Shown: positions 10,606-20,453, counted from the first letter of the stretch. The stretch: DNA of 32,000 nt from Acholeplasma laidlawii PG-8A (GCF_000018785.1 NC_010163.1:1-32000); one strand, 5' to 3'. Numbers and translations: made by a program. The notes: generated from the sequence alone by a model not told the origin.

Positions 10606-12924
10606 ATGTTAGAAGTTAGAAAATTAACTAAGTACTATGAAATAGGTGAACAAAGATTTGATGCTGTTAAGGGTATCAATTTAACCTTTAGACAAGATGA
10701 ATTTGTCTCTATTTTGGGTGAATCAGGTTCAGGAAAAACAACCTTATTAAATTTAATTGGTGGTTTAGACAGATATAATAGTGGAGATATTATCATTGAT
10801 AATGTATCTACTAAAAATTATAAAGATAAAGACTGGGATGCATACAGAAACCATAGAGTTGGTTTTGTATTCCAAAACTATAATTTAATTGCGCATTTAG
10901 ATGTGTTATCTAATGTTGAGTTAGCTCAAACATTATCTGGTGTTTCAAGAGAAGTTAGAAGAAAAAGAGCACTTGATGTTTTAACTAGAGTTGGATTAAA
11001 AGATCATGTCAATAAGAAGCCTAATCAATTATCTGGTGGTCAACAACAGCGTGTTTCTATCGCAAGAGCACTTGTTAATAACCCAACAATTATTCTAGCG
11101 GATGAACCAACTGGTGCATTAGATAGTGAAACATCTGAAGACATTATGAATCTACTAAAAGAAATATCTAAAGATAAACTCATCATAATGGTAACCCATA
11201 ATGCTGATTTAGCAAAGAGATTTTCAAATAGAATTGTAAGATTAAAAGATGGTGAAGTCATAGGGGACACCAATCCATATGATAAGAAAGATAATAAAGC
11301 ATTAAAAAACGAAACAAGTAAGTCAAGTATGAGTTACTTTACTGCATTAAGACTATCCTTTAAAAATATGCTGACTAAAAAGACAAGAACACTTATTACA
11401 GCACTTGCAGGATCTATCGGTATTATTGGGGTAGCACTTGTAATGTCCTTACAATATGGATTTACAGAGTACTTAAATGATATGGAGCGCGGTACATTTG
11501 CTGGACTACCACTTGAGGTGAGTCGTTCTTATACCGACTTTAGTGCAATTATTAACGCTAACCGTGACCGTGTGGAACCAGAACCGGTTGAAGGCGGCAT
11601 CATTGGTTATGAACCAGAAATTAGTTTTGCTTTTGCAACTAATGATATTACACAAGATTATATTGATTACATAGAAAATAGCGAGTTAAGTGCACATGGT
11701 ACAATTGTTTATCAATATGACTATAAGACACAATACTACTATTTAGATGGCAATAAGCTTAATGCGAATCCAACATCAAATCCCCAACCTCCATTTTCAT
11801 TTGTAGGTACGGATTATATTAATCAAAGTGCCTTCTCATATGATTTTGTTACGGAATATTTTGATATTGTATCAGGTAGTTATTATAACCCTTTAAAGTA
11901 TGAGGCGGTTATTGTTGTAGATGAAGGACATAGATTACCTAATAACATCATGACTTTCTTAGGGTTAAGTCAAAATACAATTATTCCTTTTGAAAATTTA
12001 GTTGGTCAAACATTTAAAATATTTACAAATAATGCAATGTATAAAGAAAATGACGGTATCTTCACAGCGAAAAATACAAATGTAGATACAGCAGACTTGT
12101 TATCATTATATAATGATGAATCTAACCAAAACGTCATCACTGTTACAATTTCAGGTATTATTAAGGTGAATACAGATTTTGTCTCAGTAGGTGAAGGGAT
12201 TTATTATACACCTAAAGTTGCCGAAAGAATTATTGAACTCAATACCCAATCAGATGTTGTAGTTGCACAACGTGCAAGTGAAACATCTGTTGTCAACGGT
12301 GTAACCATCAGCTTAAATAATACCAAAGAAGATGTGTTGTATACCTTGGGTGGTTATGATATTCCAAGCGGTATCTTGGTTTATCCAAATAGTTTTGATG
12401 ATAAAGAGGCAATTTTAAATATATTAGATGCTTATAACATTGGTAAAGATGAAGAGGCTCAAGTAAATTATGTGGACACTGTTGCATCCGCTGTAGGTAT
12501 GATTAAAACAGTGATGGATTCAATTAGTGCTGTACTAATCGCGTTTGCTGCAATATCACTTTTTGTATCAAGTGTGATGATTGGTATTATTACTTATACC
12601 TCAGTGTTAGAACGAACTAAAGAAATTGGTGTTCTTCGTTCTATTGGAGCTAGAAAAAAAGATATTTCACGTGTATTTAATGCAGAAGCTATATTAATAG
12701 GTTTATTTGCAGGTTCTTTAGGAGTTATTATTACATATTTACTTGTACCTATTGTCAATATTTTCTTAGCTGAACCAACAGGAAATGATCAAATTGCTCA
12801 GCTATTCTACCTACATGCACTATTGCTTATTGGAATTTCTGTGTTACTTACATTTGTTGCAGGATTAATACCAGCAAAAATTGCATCCAACAAAGATCCC
12901 GTAGCCGCTTTACGTAGTGAGTAA
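10606..12924 (+). CDS. MacB-like ABC transporter: fused ATPase and FtsX-type permease with a large extracytoplasmic domain
   Basis: GESGSGKTTLLNLIGGLD, LSGGQQQRVSIARAL, VNNPTIILADEPTGALDS. Predicted TM near AGSIGIIGVALVMSL and a C-terminal three-TM FtsX block. The track start at 10576 adds 10 residues; ATG 10606 gives the canonical MLEVRKLTKYYEIG N-terminus. Confidence 0.9.
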   Translation: MLEVRKLTKYYEIGEQRFDAVKGINLTFRQDEFVSILGESGSGKTTLLNLIGGLDRYNSGDIIIDNVSTKNYKDKDWDAYRNHRVGFVFQNYNLIAHLDVLSNVELAQTLSGVSREVRRKRALDVLTRVGLKDHVNKKPNQLSGGQQQRVSIARALVNNPTIILADEPTGALDSETSEDIMNLLKEISKDKLIIMVTHNADLAKRFSNRIVRLKDGEVIGDTNPYDKKDNKALKNETSKSSMSYFTALRLSFKNMLTKKTRTLITALAGSIGIIGVALVMSLQYGFTEYLNDMERGTFAGLPLEVSRSYTDFSAIINANRDRVEPEPVEGGIIGYEPEISFAFATNDITQDYIDYIENSELSAHGTIVYQYDYKTQYYYLDGNKLNANPTSNPQPPFSFVGTDYINQSAFSYDFVTEYFDIVSGSYYNPLKYEAVIVVDEGHRLPNNIMTFLGLSQNTIIPFENLVGQTFKIFTNNAMYKENDGIFTAKNTNVDTADLLSLYNDESNQNVITVTISGIIKVNTDFVSVGEGIYYTPKVAERIIELNTQSDVVVAQRASETSVVNGVTISLNNTKEDVLYTLGGYDIPSGILVYPNSFDDKEAILNILDAYNIGKDEEAQVNYVDTVASAVGMIKTVMDSISAVLIAFAAISLFVSSVMIGIITYTSVLERTKEIGVLRSIGARKKDISRVFNAEAILIGLFAGSLGVIITYLLVPIVNIFLAEPTGNDQIAQLFYLHALLLIGISVLLTFVAGLIPAKIASNKDPVAALRSE

Positions 12925-12931
12925 AATAGAG

Positions 12932-12946
12932 TATAATATATATAAT
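12932..12946 (+). promoter_or_regulatory. Possible -10 element(s) for the T-box/serS transcript
   Basis: Two TATAAT hexamers (12932..12937 and 12941..12946). No convincing -35. Confidence 0.45.
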
Positions 12947-12949
12947 ACG

Positions 12950-13170
12950 ATGAAAGAGCTAATTTTAACGTTTATGTGGTAGAGAGTCTGTGGTAGGTGA
13001 AAACAGATCATATAGTTAGAAGTTCCACTCTGGAGTGATGCTAAAAACATCCGAGTTATTCACGTTAAGAATGTATGAGCGCTATTGTTTATATACAATA
13101 GAATTAAGGTGGCACCGCGATAATCAATGGATCGTCCTTAGACTATTTTTAGTCTAAGGACGTTTATTTT
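12950..13170 (+). promoter_or_regulatory. T-box riboswitch leader of serS, with intrinsic terminator
   Basis: Canonical T-box motif AAGGTGGCACCGCG near 13107..13120. Stem I closing pairing TTAACGT (12965..12971) with ACGTTAA (13062..13068). Candidate specifier TCC (Ser) in AAGTTCCACTCT. Perfect 13-bp terminator stem CGTCCTTAGACTA/TAGTCTAAGGACG (13133..13162) plus T-rich tail. Outer 5' boundary approximate. Confidence 0.92.
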
Positions 13171-13186
13171 ATAAGGAGAAGGAAAA

Positions 13187-14458
13187 ATGTTAGATTTAAA
13201 ATATATAACTGAAAATATAGATGAAGTCATCTTGAAGTTAAATACTAGAGGTGGTGATTTTAGCCACTTAAGACAATTAATAGATTTACAAGAAGAGCGT
13301 AAATCTGTAATTAAAGAAGTTGAAGACTTAAAAGCAAAAAGAAACGAATACTCCAAAGAAATTGGGGAACTTAAAAGACAAAAACAAGATGCTTCTCACG
13401 TGTTATTAAAAGTAGAGTCCATTAAAAGTGACATACCAGCACTTGAGTTAAAACTTGGTGAGATTGATGAAAAAATTAATAAAGAACTCATCGTTTTACC
13501 AAATATTCCTGCTGACGATGTACCGGTTGGTAAAGATGAATCTGCAAATATTGAAATTAAAAAATGGGGTACTATTAGACATTTTGATTTTGAAGTAAAA
13601 GATCATACTCAATTAGGTGAAGCACTAAATATATTAGACTTTGAACGTGCAACTAAAATCACTGGTCCACGTTTTGTAGTAGATAAAGGGCTAGGTGCTA
13701 GACTGGAAAGAGCGCTTATAAACTTTATGATAGATACACATGCGTATACACATGGTTATACCGAAATCATTCCACCGTTTATTGTAAATGATAAATCTAT
13801 GTATGCAACAGGACAATTTCCTAAGTTTAAAGAAGATGCTTTTAAATTAGAAGGATTTGATTGGTATTTAAATCCAACAGCAGAAGTACCAACTATTAAC
13901 CTATTTAGAGATGAAATCATTGATAATGATGCATTACCAATTCAGTATGTAGCTTATACAACAGCATTTAGATCAGAGGCAGGTTCTGCTGGACGAGATA
14001 CTAAGGGTATTTTAAGACAACATCAATTCAATAAAGTTGAATTAATTAAATTTGCACGACCTGAAGATTCTGAACAAGCTCATCAAGATATGTTAGCAAA
14101 CTCAGAAAGAATACTACAACTATTAAATATTCCTTATCGAGTAGTTGTCTTATCAACAGGAGACATGGGCTTTGGTATGAGTAAGACATACGATATTGAA
14201 GTATGGTTACCAGGTCAAAATATGTACCGTGAAATTGGATCTATTTCAAATGCTAGAGACTTTCAAGCAAGAAGAGCCAACATTCGCTTTAAACGTTCAA
14301 AAGATGCTAAAACAGAATATGTGCATACATTAAACGGTTCTGGTTTAGCTGTTGGTAGAACAATGATTGCAGTACTAGAGAACTATCAAAATCAAGATGG
14401 ATCAATTACAATACCAGAAGTCTTAAAACCATATATGGGTGTAGAAGTTATTAAATAA
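13187..14458 (+). CDS. serS: Seryl-tRNA synthetase
   Basis: 423-aa ORF with N-terminal coiled-coil arm and class II motifs [59 protein letters not shown]. Preceded by a T-box. Confidence 0.98.
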   Translation: MLDLKYITENIDEVILKLNTRGGDFSHLRQLIDLQEERKSVIKEVEDLKAKRNEYSKEIGELKRQKQDASHVLLKVESIKSDIPALELKLGEIDEKINKELIVLPNIPADDVPVGKDESANIEIKKWGTIRHFDFEVKDHTQLGEALNILDFERATKITGPRFVVDKGLGARLERALINFMIDTHAYTHGYTEIIPPFIVNDKSMYATGQFPKFKEDAFKLEGFDWYLNPTAEVPTINLFRDEIIDNDALPIQYVAYTTAFRSEAGSAGRDTKGILRQHQFNKVELIKFARPEDSEQAHQDMLANSERILQLLNIPYRVVVLSTGDMGFGMSKTYDIEVWLPGQNMYREIGSISNARDFQARRANIRFKRSKDAKTEYVHTLNGSGLAVGRTMIAVLENYQNQDGSITIPEVLKPYMGVEVIK

Positions 14459-14498
14459 TGTTATTCATTACAATAAATAACATAGTTTTTCATAAAGA

Positions 14499-14527
14499 TT
14501 GAGAAATAAAGGTACAGACTATATACT
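14499..14527 (+). promoter_or_regulatory. Candidate sigma-A-type promoter
   Basis: TTGAGA (14499..14504), 17-nt spacer, TATACT (14522..14527). Confidence 0.6.
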
Positions 14528-14556
14528 AGAGGTACTTCATTTTTCTCTCTCGAAAC

Positions 14557-14580
14557 GCCACCTTTAAAAAGGTGGCTTTT
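14557..14580 (+). terminator. Rho-independent terminator
   Basis: GCCACCTT (14557..14564) pairs with AAGGTGGC (14569..14576), followed by TTTT. Confidence 0.85.
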
Positions 14581-14658
14581 CCTTTATAAATACTAAGTTT
14601 CAAATTATGTGATAAAATTATATTAAGAAATTAATTAATCCAAGGGGGAATACAATTA

Positions 14659-15309
14659 ATGAAAATATATTTTGTTGAAGACGAAGTTAATATTTCAGAA
14701 ATTATCCGTAAATACTTAACGAGAGAAAATTATGATGTTACAGTTTTCTATGATGGTGAAACAGCCATGGAACACGTTGGTGATCCAGTTGATTTATGGA
14801 TTTTAGATATTATGTTGACTGGTGAAATTGACGGTTTTGATTTAATTAAGGCAATTTCAAAAGCAAATCCAGAAGCTGCTGTTATATTTACTTCAGCTAG
14901 AGATCAAGCTTTAGATAAAATCAAAGGTCTTGAATTAGGATCTGATGATTATATTGCTAAACCATATTCACCTAAAGAATTAATGCTTAGAGTCAAAGCT
15001 GTTTTAAAACGTAAGAATTCAAGACCAGGTCATATGACTTATAGTGACTATTCTATTCAATTAGACTCTAGAGAAATTAGACAAGGTGATAAACTAATTG
15101 AACTGACTAATAAAGAGTTTGAAATGTTACTTGTATTCTTAAAAAATAAACAAGAACCAATTGAAAGAAAACTTTTATTAGAAACTATATGGGGTAAAAA
15201 CTATGTGGGTTCTGATAGAGTTGTAGATGACTTACTACGTCGTCTGCGTTCTAAAATGCCACTATTAAGAATAGAAACTATTTACGGATTCGGCTATAGA
15301 TTATTATGA
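14659..15309 (+). CDS. OmpR/PhoB-family response regulator
   Basis: 216-aa ORF with receiver residues ED/LDIMLTG/TSA/KPYSPKEL and winged-helix output domain VVDDLLRRLRSKMPLLRIETIYGFGYRL. Confidence 0.95.
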   Translation: MKIYFVEDEVNISEIIRKYLTRENYDVTVFYDGETAMEHVGDPVDLWILDIMLTGEIDGFDLIKAISKANPEAAVIFTSARDQALDKIKGLELGSDDYIAKPYSPKELMLRVKAVLKRKNSRPGHMTYSDYSIQLDSREIRQGDKLIELTNKEFEMLLVFLKNKQEPIERKLLLETIWGKNYVGSDRVVDDLLRRLRSKMPLLRIETIYGFGYRLL

Positions 15310-16622
15310 CCAAACTAAAACTTGCCACACAACTCAATATCATATTTTCATTTGTCACGATATTAGGTGGTATGTTTTTTTTGTTTATCGTTAGTTTGAG
15401 TTTTACAAGAGCCTATGAAAATCAAAATAGAATTTATTTAGATAGTTATTTTAATGAGATTTTGAGAATATATGAAGAAAATCCTATGGGTTTTTCTTAT
15501 GAGAGTCTTACAAAATATAATGATTTTTTCATTATTGTAGACGATCAAGTAGTCCACTATTCAAAAAATAACGTATCACTACAAGATTTTAATCAAATAT
15601 CTAATTTCATGCTAAGGGAACACTTTAAGAGTCAAGAAACATATACCAACAGAACACTTAGATATACCATAGATGGCAACATAGCCTATATGGGACGAGT
15701 TAAAAGACCATTGAATGGTACCAAGTATGGTGTATTTGCAGTATCTAACGTGACTGAGTTTGTTGAAGATATGACAGGTAATATCCCGTTTTATACAACA
15801 CTCGCATTCTTAAATATATTAGTCCTAGGTAACATCATTGTATGGCTATGGAGTACTAGTACAGTAGGAAAATTAAAGGATCTACAATCTAGTGTGAAAC
15901 AAATGATTGAAGATGATTATCAATCAGAGGTGAAAGTAGATAGTAGTGCAGAAGAGATTGCTTCTCTTGCTGAAACTATTAATAATATGCGTATTGAAAT
16001 TAAAAATAATGAAGATACTAAAAAAGAAATGATTCAAAACTTAGGTCATGATTTGAAAACGCCGATTGCTGTCATTAGGTCTTATGCAGAAGCGATTCAA
16101 GATGGTATTGAAGGTGTGGAATCGACTGATCTTATTATTAAACAATCAGATTTACTCAATAAAAAGGTTAAGCAAATTATTGAGTATAGTAAGATTGGCT
16201 ATATTGATAACCATAATACTTATGAAAAGACATCATTTAAGACAATTGTTGAACAAGTTGTAAATAACTATAAATATATTACTAATTTAAGGTTTATTAT
16301 TGATATTGAAACAGATTGGATTCATCTCATGGATCCAGAGGGGGCCCATATTGCAATATCTAACATTGTAGATAATGCAGTGCGCTATGCACAAACAAAA
16401 ATCGTTATCCAAATAACAGAAAAAAAGCTCACCATCTTTAATGATGGAGAGCATATAGAAGAAAATGTTTTACCAAAGATTTTTAAAGCCTATGAAAAAG
16501 GTAGTAAAGGTCAATTTGGTTTAGGTCTAGCCATTGTGAAAGAAACAATGGATAGATTTGGATTAAAGGTTTCTGTTATCAATCACGCTAATGGTGTATT
16601 ATTTACGATAGAGCTGCAATAA
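15306..16622 (+). CDS. Sensor histidine kinase, partner of the preceding response regulator
   Basis: 438-aa ORF with two TM segments, HAMP-like linker, H-box NLGHDLKTPIAVIRSYAEAI, N-box ISNIVDNAVRYA and G-box KGQFGLGLAIVKE. Overlaps the regulator by 4 nt. Confidence 0.95.
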   Translation: MTKLKLATQLNIIFSFVTILGGMFFLFIVSLSFTRAYENQNRIYLDSYFNEILRIYEENPMGFSYESLTKYNDFFIIVDDQVVHYSKNNVSLQDFNQISNFMLREHFKSQETYTNRTLRYTIDGNIAYMGRVKRPLNGTKYGVFAVSNVTEFVEDMTGNIPFYTTLAFLNILVLGNIIVWLWSTSTVGKLKDLQSSVKQMIEDDYQSEVKVDSSAEEIASLAETINNMRIEIKNNEDTKKEMIQNLGHDLKTPIAVIRSYAEAIQDGIEGVESTDLIIKQSDLLNKKVKQIIEYSKIGYIDNHNTYEKTSFKTIVEQVVNNYKYITNLRFIIDIETDWIHLMDPEGAHIAISNIVDNAVRYAQTKIVIQITEKKLTIFNDGEHIEENVLPKIFKAYEKGSKGQFGLGLAIVKETMDRFGLKVSVINHANGVLFTIELQ

Positions 16623-17019
16623 TCATTGCTGCTCTATTTTTATAATCATCAGCAGTGATTATTTTTGAAGTATCGTTGAGTTTAATTGTAATCTCTTCTT
16701 TATCATATCGTGGGATAATATGTACGTGATAATGAAATACAGTTTGACCTGCAGTGGAACCATTATTATTTAATAGGTTAATCCCTGATGGGTTAAAAGC
16801 ATGTTGAATCCCTTTAGCTAATTTTTGTACGACACCAAATAAATGTTTTAAAACATCTTCTGGAACCTCTAAAATATTTTCATAAGGCGATTTTGTAACA
16901 ACTAACGTGTGTCCTTTAGTACTTTGTGTAATATCTAAAAATGCGATGACTAAATCATCTTCATATACGATATGGCTAGGAATCTTTCTTTCCACTATTT
17001 TTGTAAATATTGTTTCCAT
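16603..17019 (-). CDS. HIT-family (histidine triad) protein
   Basis: FTKIVERKIPSHIVYEDDLVIAFLDITQSTKGHTLVVTK and HYHVHIIPRY. Start revised from 17040 to 17019 (METIFTKIV) because an AAGGAG motif on the minus strand sits just upstream of it. Confidence 0.93.
   Translation of the reverse strand: METIFTKIVERKIPSHIVYEDDLVIAFLDITQSTKGHTLVVTKSPYENILEVPEDVLKHLFGVVQKLAKGIQHAFNPSGINLLNNNGSTAGQTVFHYHVHIIPRYDKEEITIKLNDTSKIITADDYKNRAAMIIAALS
16618..16666. terminator. Hairpin at the convergent histidine kinase/HIT junction
   Basis: AATAATCA (16618..16625) pairs with TGATTATT (16656..16663), with inner CTGC/GCAG pairing and a following T run. Confidence 0.6.
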
Positions 17020-17123
17020 AATTATCATCTCCTTATACATATTATATCAAATATCTTTTCTTGTGGATGTTTCTTATACGTGATATAATTTATATAAAGA
17101 TATAATTTGGAAGGAAAATAGTT

Positions 17124-17714
17124 ATGAAAAAAATACCTGTAGGCATCTCTGGACGCCACGCTCACGTTACAAAAGAGCATTTAGAAATATTATTTGGAGC
17201 TGGTTATGAATTAACCATTTTAAAAGAATTAAGCCAACCTGGCCAATATGCAGCAGAAGAAAAAATTGATGTTGTATCTCCAGACGGTAGAGTATTAGAA
17301 GGCGTTCGAATTCTAGGACCAACACGTAAAGGTACTCAAATTGAAATCTCACAAAGTGATGCAATCCGTTATAAATTTGTTGCACCTGTTCGTTCAAGTG
17401 GTGATACTGCTGGATCAGGAAAAGCTAAATTAGTAGGACCTAAAGGTGAAGTAGAAATCAATGAAGGTGTTATCATTGCTGATAGACATATCCATTTCTC
17501 ACCTGAGGATGCAGTAGCTTTTGGTGTCAAAGATAGAGATGTTGTCTCAATTAAAATTGATGGTATTAAAGCGGGTCTATTAGATAACGTATTATGCCGT
17601 GTACACGAAAGTTTTAGATTAGATTGCCATTTAGACACTGATGATGGTGCAGCATTTATGCTAAGAAATGGTGACACCGTATCACTTGTTAAAAAATATC
17701 AAATTTTAGACTAA
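17124..17714 (+). CDS. pduL: PduL-family phosphate acyltransferase (phosphotransacylase)
   Basis: 196-aa ORF with VGISGRHAHVTKEHLEILFG and ADRHIHFSPEDA, both typical metal-binding PduL motifs. Confidence 0.93.
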   Translation: MKKIPVGISGRHAHVTKEHLEILFGAGYELTILKELSQPGQYAAEEKIDVVSPDGRVLEGVRILGPTRKGTQIEISQSDAIRYKFVAPVRSSGDTAGSGKAKLVGPKGEVEINEGVIIADRHIHFSPEDAVAFGVKDRDVVSIKIDGIKAGLLDNVLCRVHESFRLDCHLDTDDGAAFMLRNGDTVSLVKKYQILD

Positions 17715-17723
17715 TAAATAGAT

Positions 17724-17741
17724 AAGTGGCATTTGCCACTT
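17724..17741 (+). terminator. Short hairpin between pduL and the HD-domain gene
   Basis: AAGTGGC (17724..17730) pairs with GCCACTT (17735..17741); weak T tract, so termination is uncertain. Confidence 0.4.
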
Positions 17742-17763
17742 TTCACTTCATAAGAGGTAATAT

Positions 17764-18969
17764 ATGGTAAAACTTGAAAGACAAGAAGTTTTTAGAGATC
17801 CATTATATGGTTATATTCATGTAGATTATGAATTCATCATTGATTTAATCGACACATCTGTATTTCAAAGACTCAGACGTGTTAGACAATTATCTGGTGT
17901 TCATATGGTGTTTCACTCTGCAGAACATTCTAGATTCTCACATGCTTTAGGTGTTTATGAATTAGCCAATAGATTCTTAGATATCAAAGAAATAAAGGAA
18001 AACTTAAACGAACGTGAAAGTTTGTTGTTTTTAGTTGCAGCACTCTTACATGATATCGGACACGGTGCATACTCACATGCATTTGAGTATGTATTTAAAG
18101 TAAACCATGAAGTCATTGGTGCAACCATTATTAAAACACACCCTGAAATAAGAAATATTTTAGATAAGATAGATGCTTCATTTGCTGATGATGTTTCAAG
18201 TATCATTTTAAAGGATAAGAAATTTCCATTAATTGAGCAACTCATTTCTTCTCAACTAGACGTTGATCGGCTAGATTACTTAGAAAGAGATGCTTATTTT
18301 ACGGGGGCAGCTTATGGTCATATCGATTTAGACCGTTTAATGAGAGTCGTTAAAATACACAATAAGAAATTAGCCTTTAAAGCATCGGGTATTCACGCAA
18401 TTGAAAACTACTTAGTTGCCAGATACCATATGTACTGGCAAGTATATTACCATCCAAAAGCTAGAGCTTATGAAGTAATACTAGAAAAAATATATTTTAG
18501 AGTTAGAGATTTACTAGAAACTAATTTTAATTTTGAGCATGATGTCACATCACTTAAAACCATATTAAAAGACCCAACAAACATGTATGCCTATTTAAAG
18601 ATAGATGATTATTATATGAACGGACTTATTGCATATTTCTTAAATTCAAAAGATCCTATCTTAAAAGAATTATCAAGTGATTTTTTAAATCGAAATATTT
18701 GGTCATATATTGATGATACTAAAGAAAACCAACAACAAATCAATGACATCTTGAACTCAAGAAGCTCGGACGATATAAAATACTTTACCCTTAAAACAAG
18801 TGTTGAACAAAGTGCCTACCGTGAAACAGAAGCTAATTTGGGTGATCAAATTTATATTTACAATGAGAAAGGTAATATTGTAACTTTATCTGAGCATTCA
18901 TCTATTGTACACGCACTTGTAACATCAAGTGTAAAATCAGATCCTAAGTTCTTCTATAAAAAAAGATGA
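17764..18969 (+). CDS. HD-domain phosphohydrolase (dGTPase-like, YwfO type)
   Basis: FQRLRRVRQLSGVHMVFHSAEHSRFSHALG, AALLHDIGHGAYSHAFE and SSQLDVDRLDYLERDAYFTG. Confidence 0.9.
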   Translation: MVKLERQEVFRDPLYGYIHVDYEFIIDLIDTSVFQRLRRVRQLSGVHMVFHSAEHSRFSHALGVYELANRFLDIKEIKENLNERESLLFLVAALLHDIGHGAYSHAFEYVFKVNHEVIGATIIKTHPEIRNILDKIDASFADDVSSIILKDKKFPLIEQLISSQLDVDRLDYLERDAYFTGAAYGHIDLDRLMRVVKIHNKKLAFKASGIHAIENYLVARYHMYWQVYYHPKARAYEVILEKIYFRVRDLLETNFNFEHDVTSLKTILKDPTNMYAYLKIDDYYMNGLIAYFLNSKDPILKELSSDFLNRNIWSYIDDTKENQQQINDILNSRSSDDIKYFTLKTSVEQSAYRETEANLGDQIYIYNEKGNIVTLSEHSSIVHALVTSSVKSDPKFFYKKR

Positions 18970-19505
18970 AACAAAAAATATATGTTGTTGAAGGCACACA
19001 CGATGAAACGCTACTTAAACAAATAGATCCAAATATTAGAACTGTTTCTGTTGGGGGATCACAAATCAAAGAAGATGTGATTCAGTTTTTAAAAACCTAT
19101 GAAGATAAATTTCAAATCATACTTTTATTAGATCCTGATTATACGGGTGAACAAATAAGAAAAAGGATTGCTAAACATTTAACAAATCCTACACATATCT
19201 TTGTTCAAAAACATAAAGCGATTAGTAAAAATAAAAAGAAGATAGGTGTTGAACACCTATCCTTAGAAGATTTAAAGACCATGCTTCTCCATGAGGTACA
19301 AGAACTACCTAAAGTAGAGTCTATTACATTAGATAGTTTATATAAATTGGGACTTAGCGGTCAAACAGACTCTAAAGCCAAAAGAGACTACTTAACCAGC
19401 AAATTAAACCTAACCTATAGTAACTCCAAGACACTGATACAAAGGCTTAATTGGCTAGGGTTAAGTTATAAAGATTTAGAGGATATATTATATGCATCAA
19501 GCTAA
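18966..19505 (+). CDS. rnmV: Ribonuclease M5 (5S rRNA maturation, Toprim domain)
   Basis: KIYVVEGTHDETLLKQ, IILLLDPDYTGEQIRKRIA; located directly upstream of rsmA as in Firmicutes. Confidence 0.9.
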   Translation: MKQKIYVVEGTHDETLLKQIDPNIRTVSVGGSQIKEDVIQFLKTYEDKFQIILLLDPDYTGEQIRKRIAKHLTNPTHIFVQKHKAISKNKKKIGVEHLSLEDLKTMLLHEVQELPKVESITLDSLYKLGLSGQTDSKAKRDYLTSKLNLTYSNSKTLIQRLNWLGLSYKDLEDILYASS

Positions 19506-20280
19506 AAAAAGATTTGGTCAAAACTTTTTAACAGATAAGAATTTATTGAAAAAGATTGTTGACTCAGCACAAATTCATGATAAAAACGTATTAGAAATTG
19601 GACCAGGGTTAGGTGCACTAACTCAGTTTATAGTTAAAGATGCCAAAAAGTATCTAGCCTATGAAATTGACTACTCTCTAAAAGATGTTTTAGAAAATTT
19701 CTTAAGTGAAGATAGCAACATCATATTCCAAGACTTTTTAGAATCTGATGTCACAAATGATTTAGATACATATTTTAAAGGTGAACCAATTCACTTGATT
19801 GGTAATTTACCATACTACATTACAACACCGATTATTTTTAAATTCTTAGAAATAGATCAACTTAAAACAGCAACAATCATGGTCCAAAAAGAAGTGGGTG
19901 ACCGTATGATTAGCAAGAAGAATTTAAAAAGCTATAATGCCTTTTCTGCGATTCTACAATACTTTACAGATGTAAGGTTGGTTGTTAATGTAAATAGAAA
20001 AATGTTTAACCCGGTACCTAAGGTAGATTCCATGGTTGTTCAACTAACTAAAAAAGAAACTAAACTGGATAAATCATTAGAGCTTAAGTTTATTCAAATC
20101 GTTAAGTTGAGTTTTATGCATAAAAGAAAAACCTTGTTAAATAATCTATCTACAGGTCTAAACGAAGATAAAGCTAAGATACTAGAATCTTTAAAGTCGC
20201 TTAATTTAGATGAGAAGACAAGAGCTGAATCACTAAGTGTAGATGATTTTATTACACTTACTGAAAAACTTTATAAATAA
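19492..20280 (+). CDS. rsmA: 16S rRNA (adenine1518-N6/adenine1519-N6)-dimethyltransferase
   Basis: KKRFGQNFLTDKNLLKKIVDSAQI, VLEIGPGLGALTQF and LIGNLPYYITTPIIFKFLE. Confidence 0.95.
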   Translation: MHQAKKRFGQNFLTDKNLLKKIVDSAQIHDKNVLEIGPGLGALTQFIVKDAKKYLAYEIDYSLKDVLENFLSEDSNIIFQDFLESDVTNDLDTYFKGEPIHLIGNLPYYITTPIIFKFLEIDQLKTATIMVQKEVGDRMISKKNLKSYNAFSAILQYFTDVRLVVNVNRKMFNPVPKVDSMVVQLTKKETKLDKSLELKFIQIVKLSFMHKRKTLLNNLSTGLNEDKAKILESLKSLNLDEKTRAESLSVDDFITLTEKLYK

Positions 20281-20287
20281 AATAACT

Positions 20288-20320
20288 AAAAATATTGATC
20301 GATTGTATCAATATTTTTTT
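20288..20320 (+). terminator. Rho-independent terminator after rsmA
   Basis: AAAAATATTGAT (20288..20299) pairs with ATCAATATTTTT (20307..20318) and continues into T residues. Confidence 0.85.
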
Positions 20321-20453
20321 ATTTATATAAGGACAATCAAATAAAATACATAAATAATTGCATAAAAACATATTAAGGAATCTATTATTACATCAAAATT
20401 TCATAATTATTATTATTTTGTAATGTAAGCGCTTGAAAAGGCGGAAAATGTGC

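Noticed and set aside
18966-19505. Overlapping HD-phosphohydrolase/rnmV/rsmA junctions as a novel functional system
   Set aside because: 4-nt and 14-nt overlaps are ordinary translational coupling, and the rnmV-rsmA order is a standard Firmicute arrangement.
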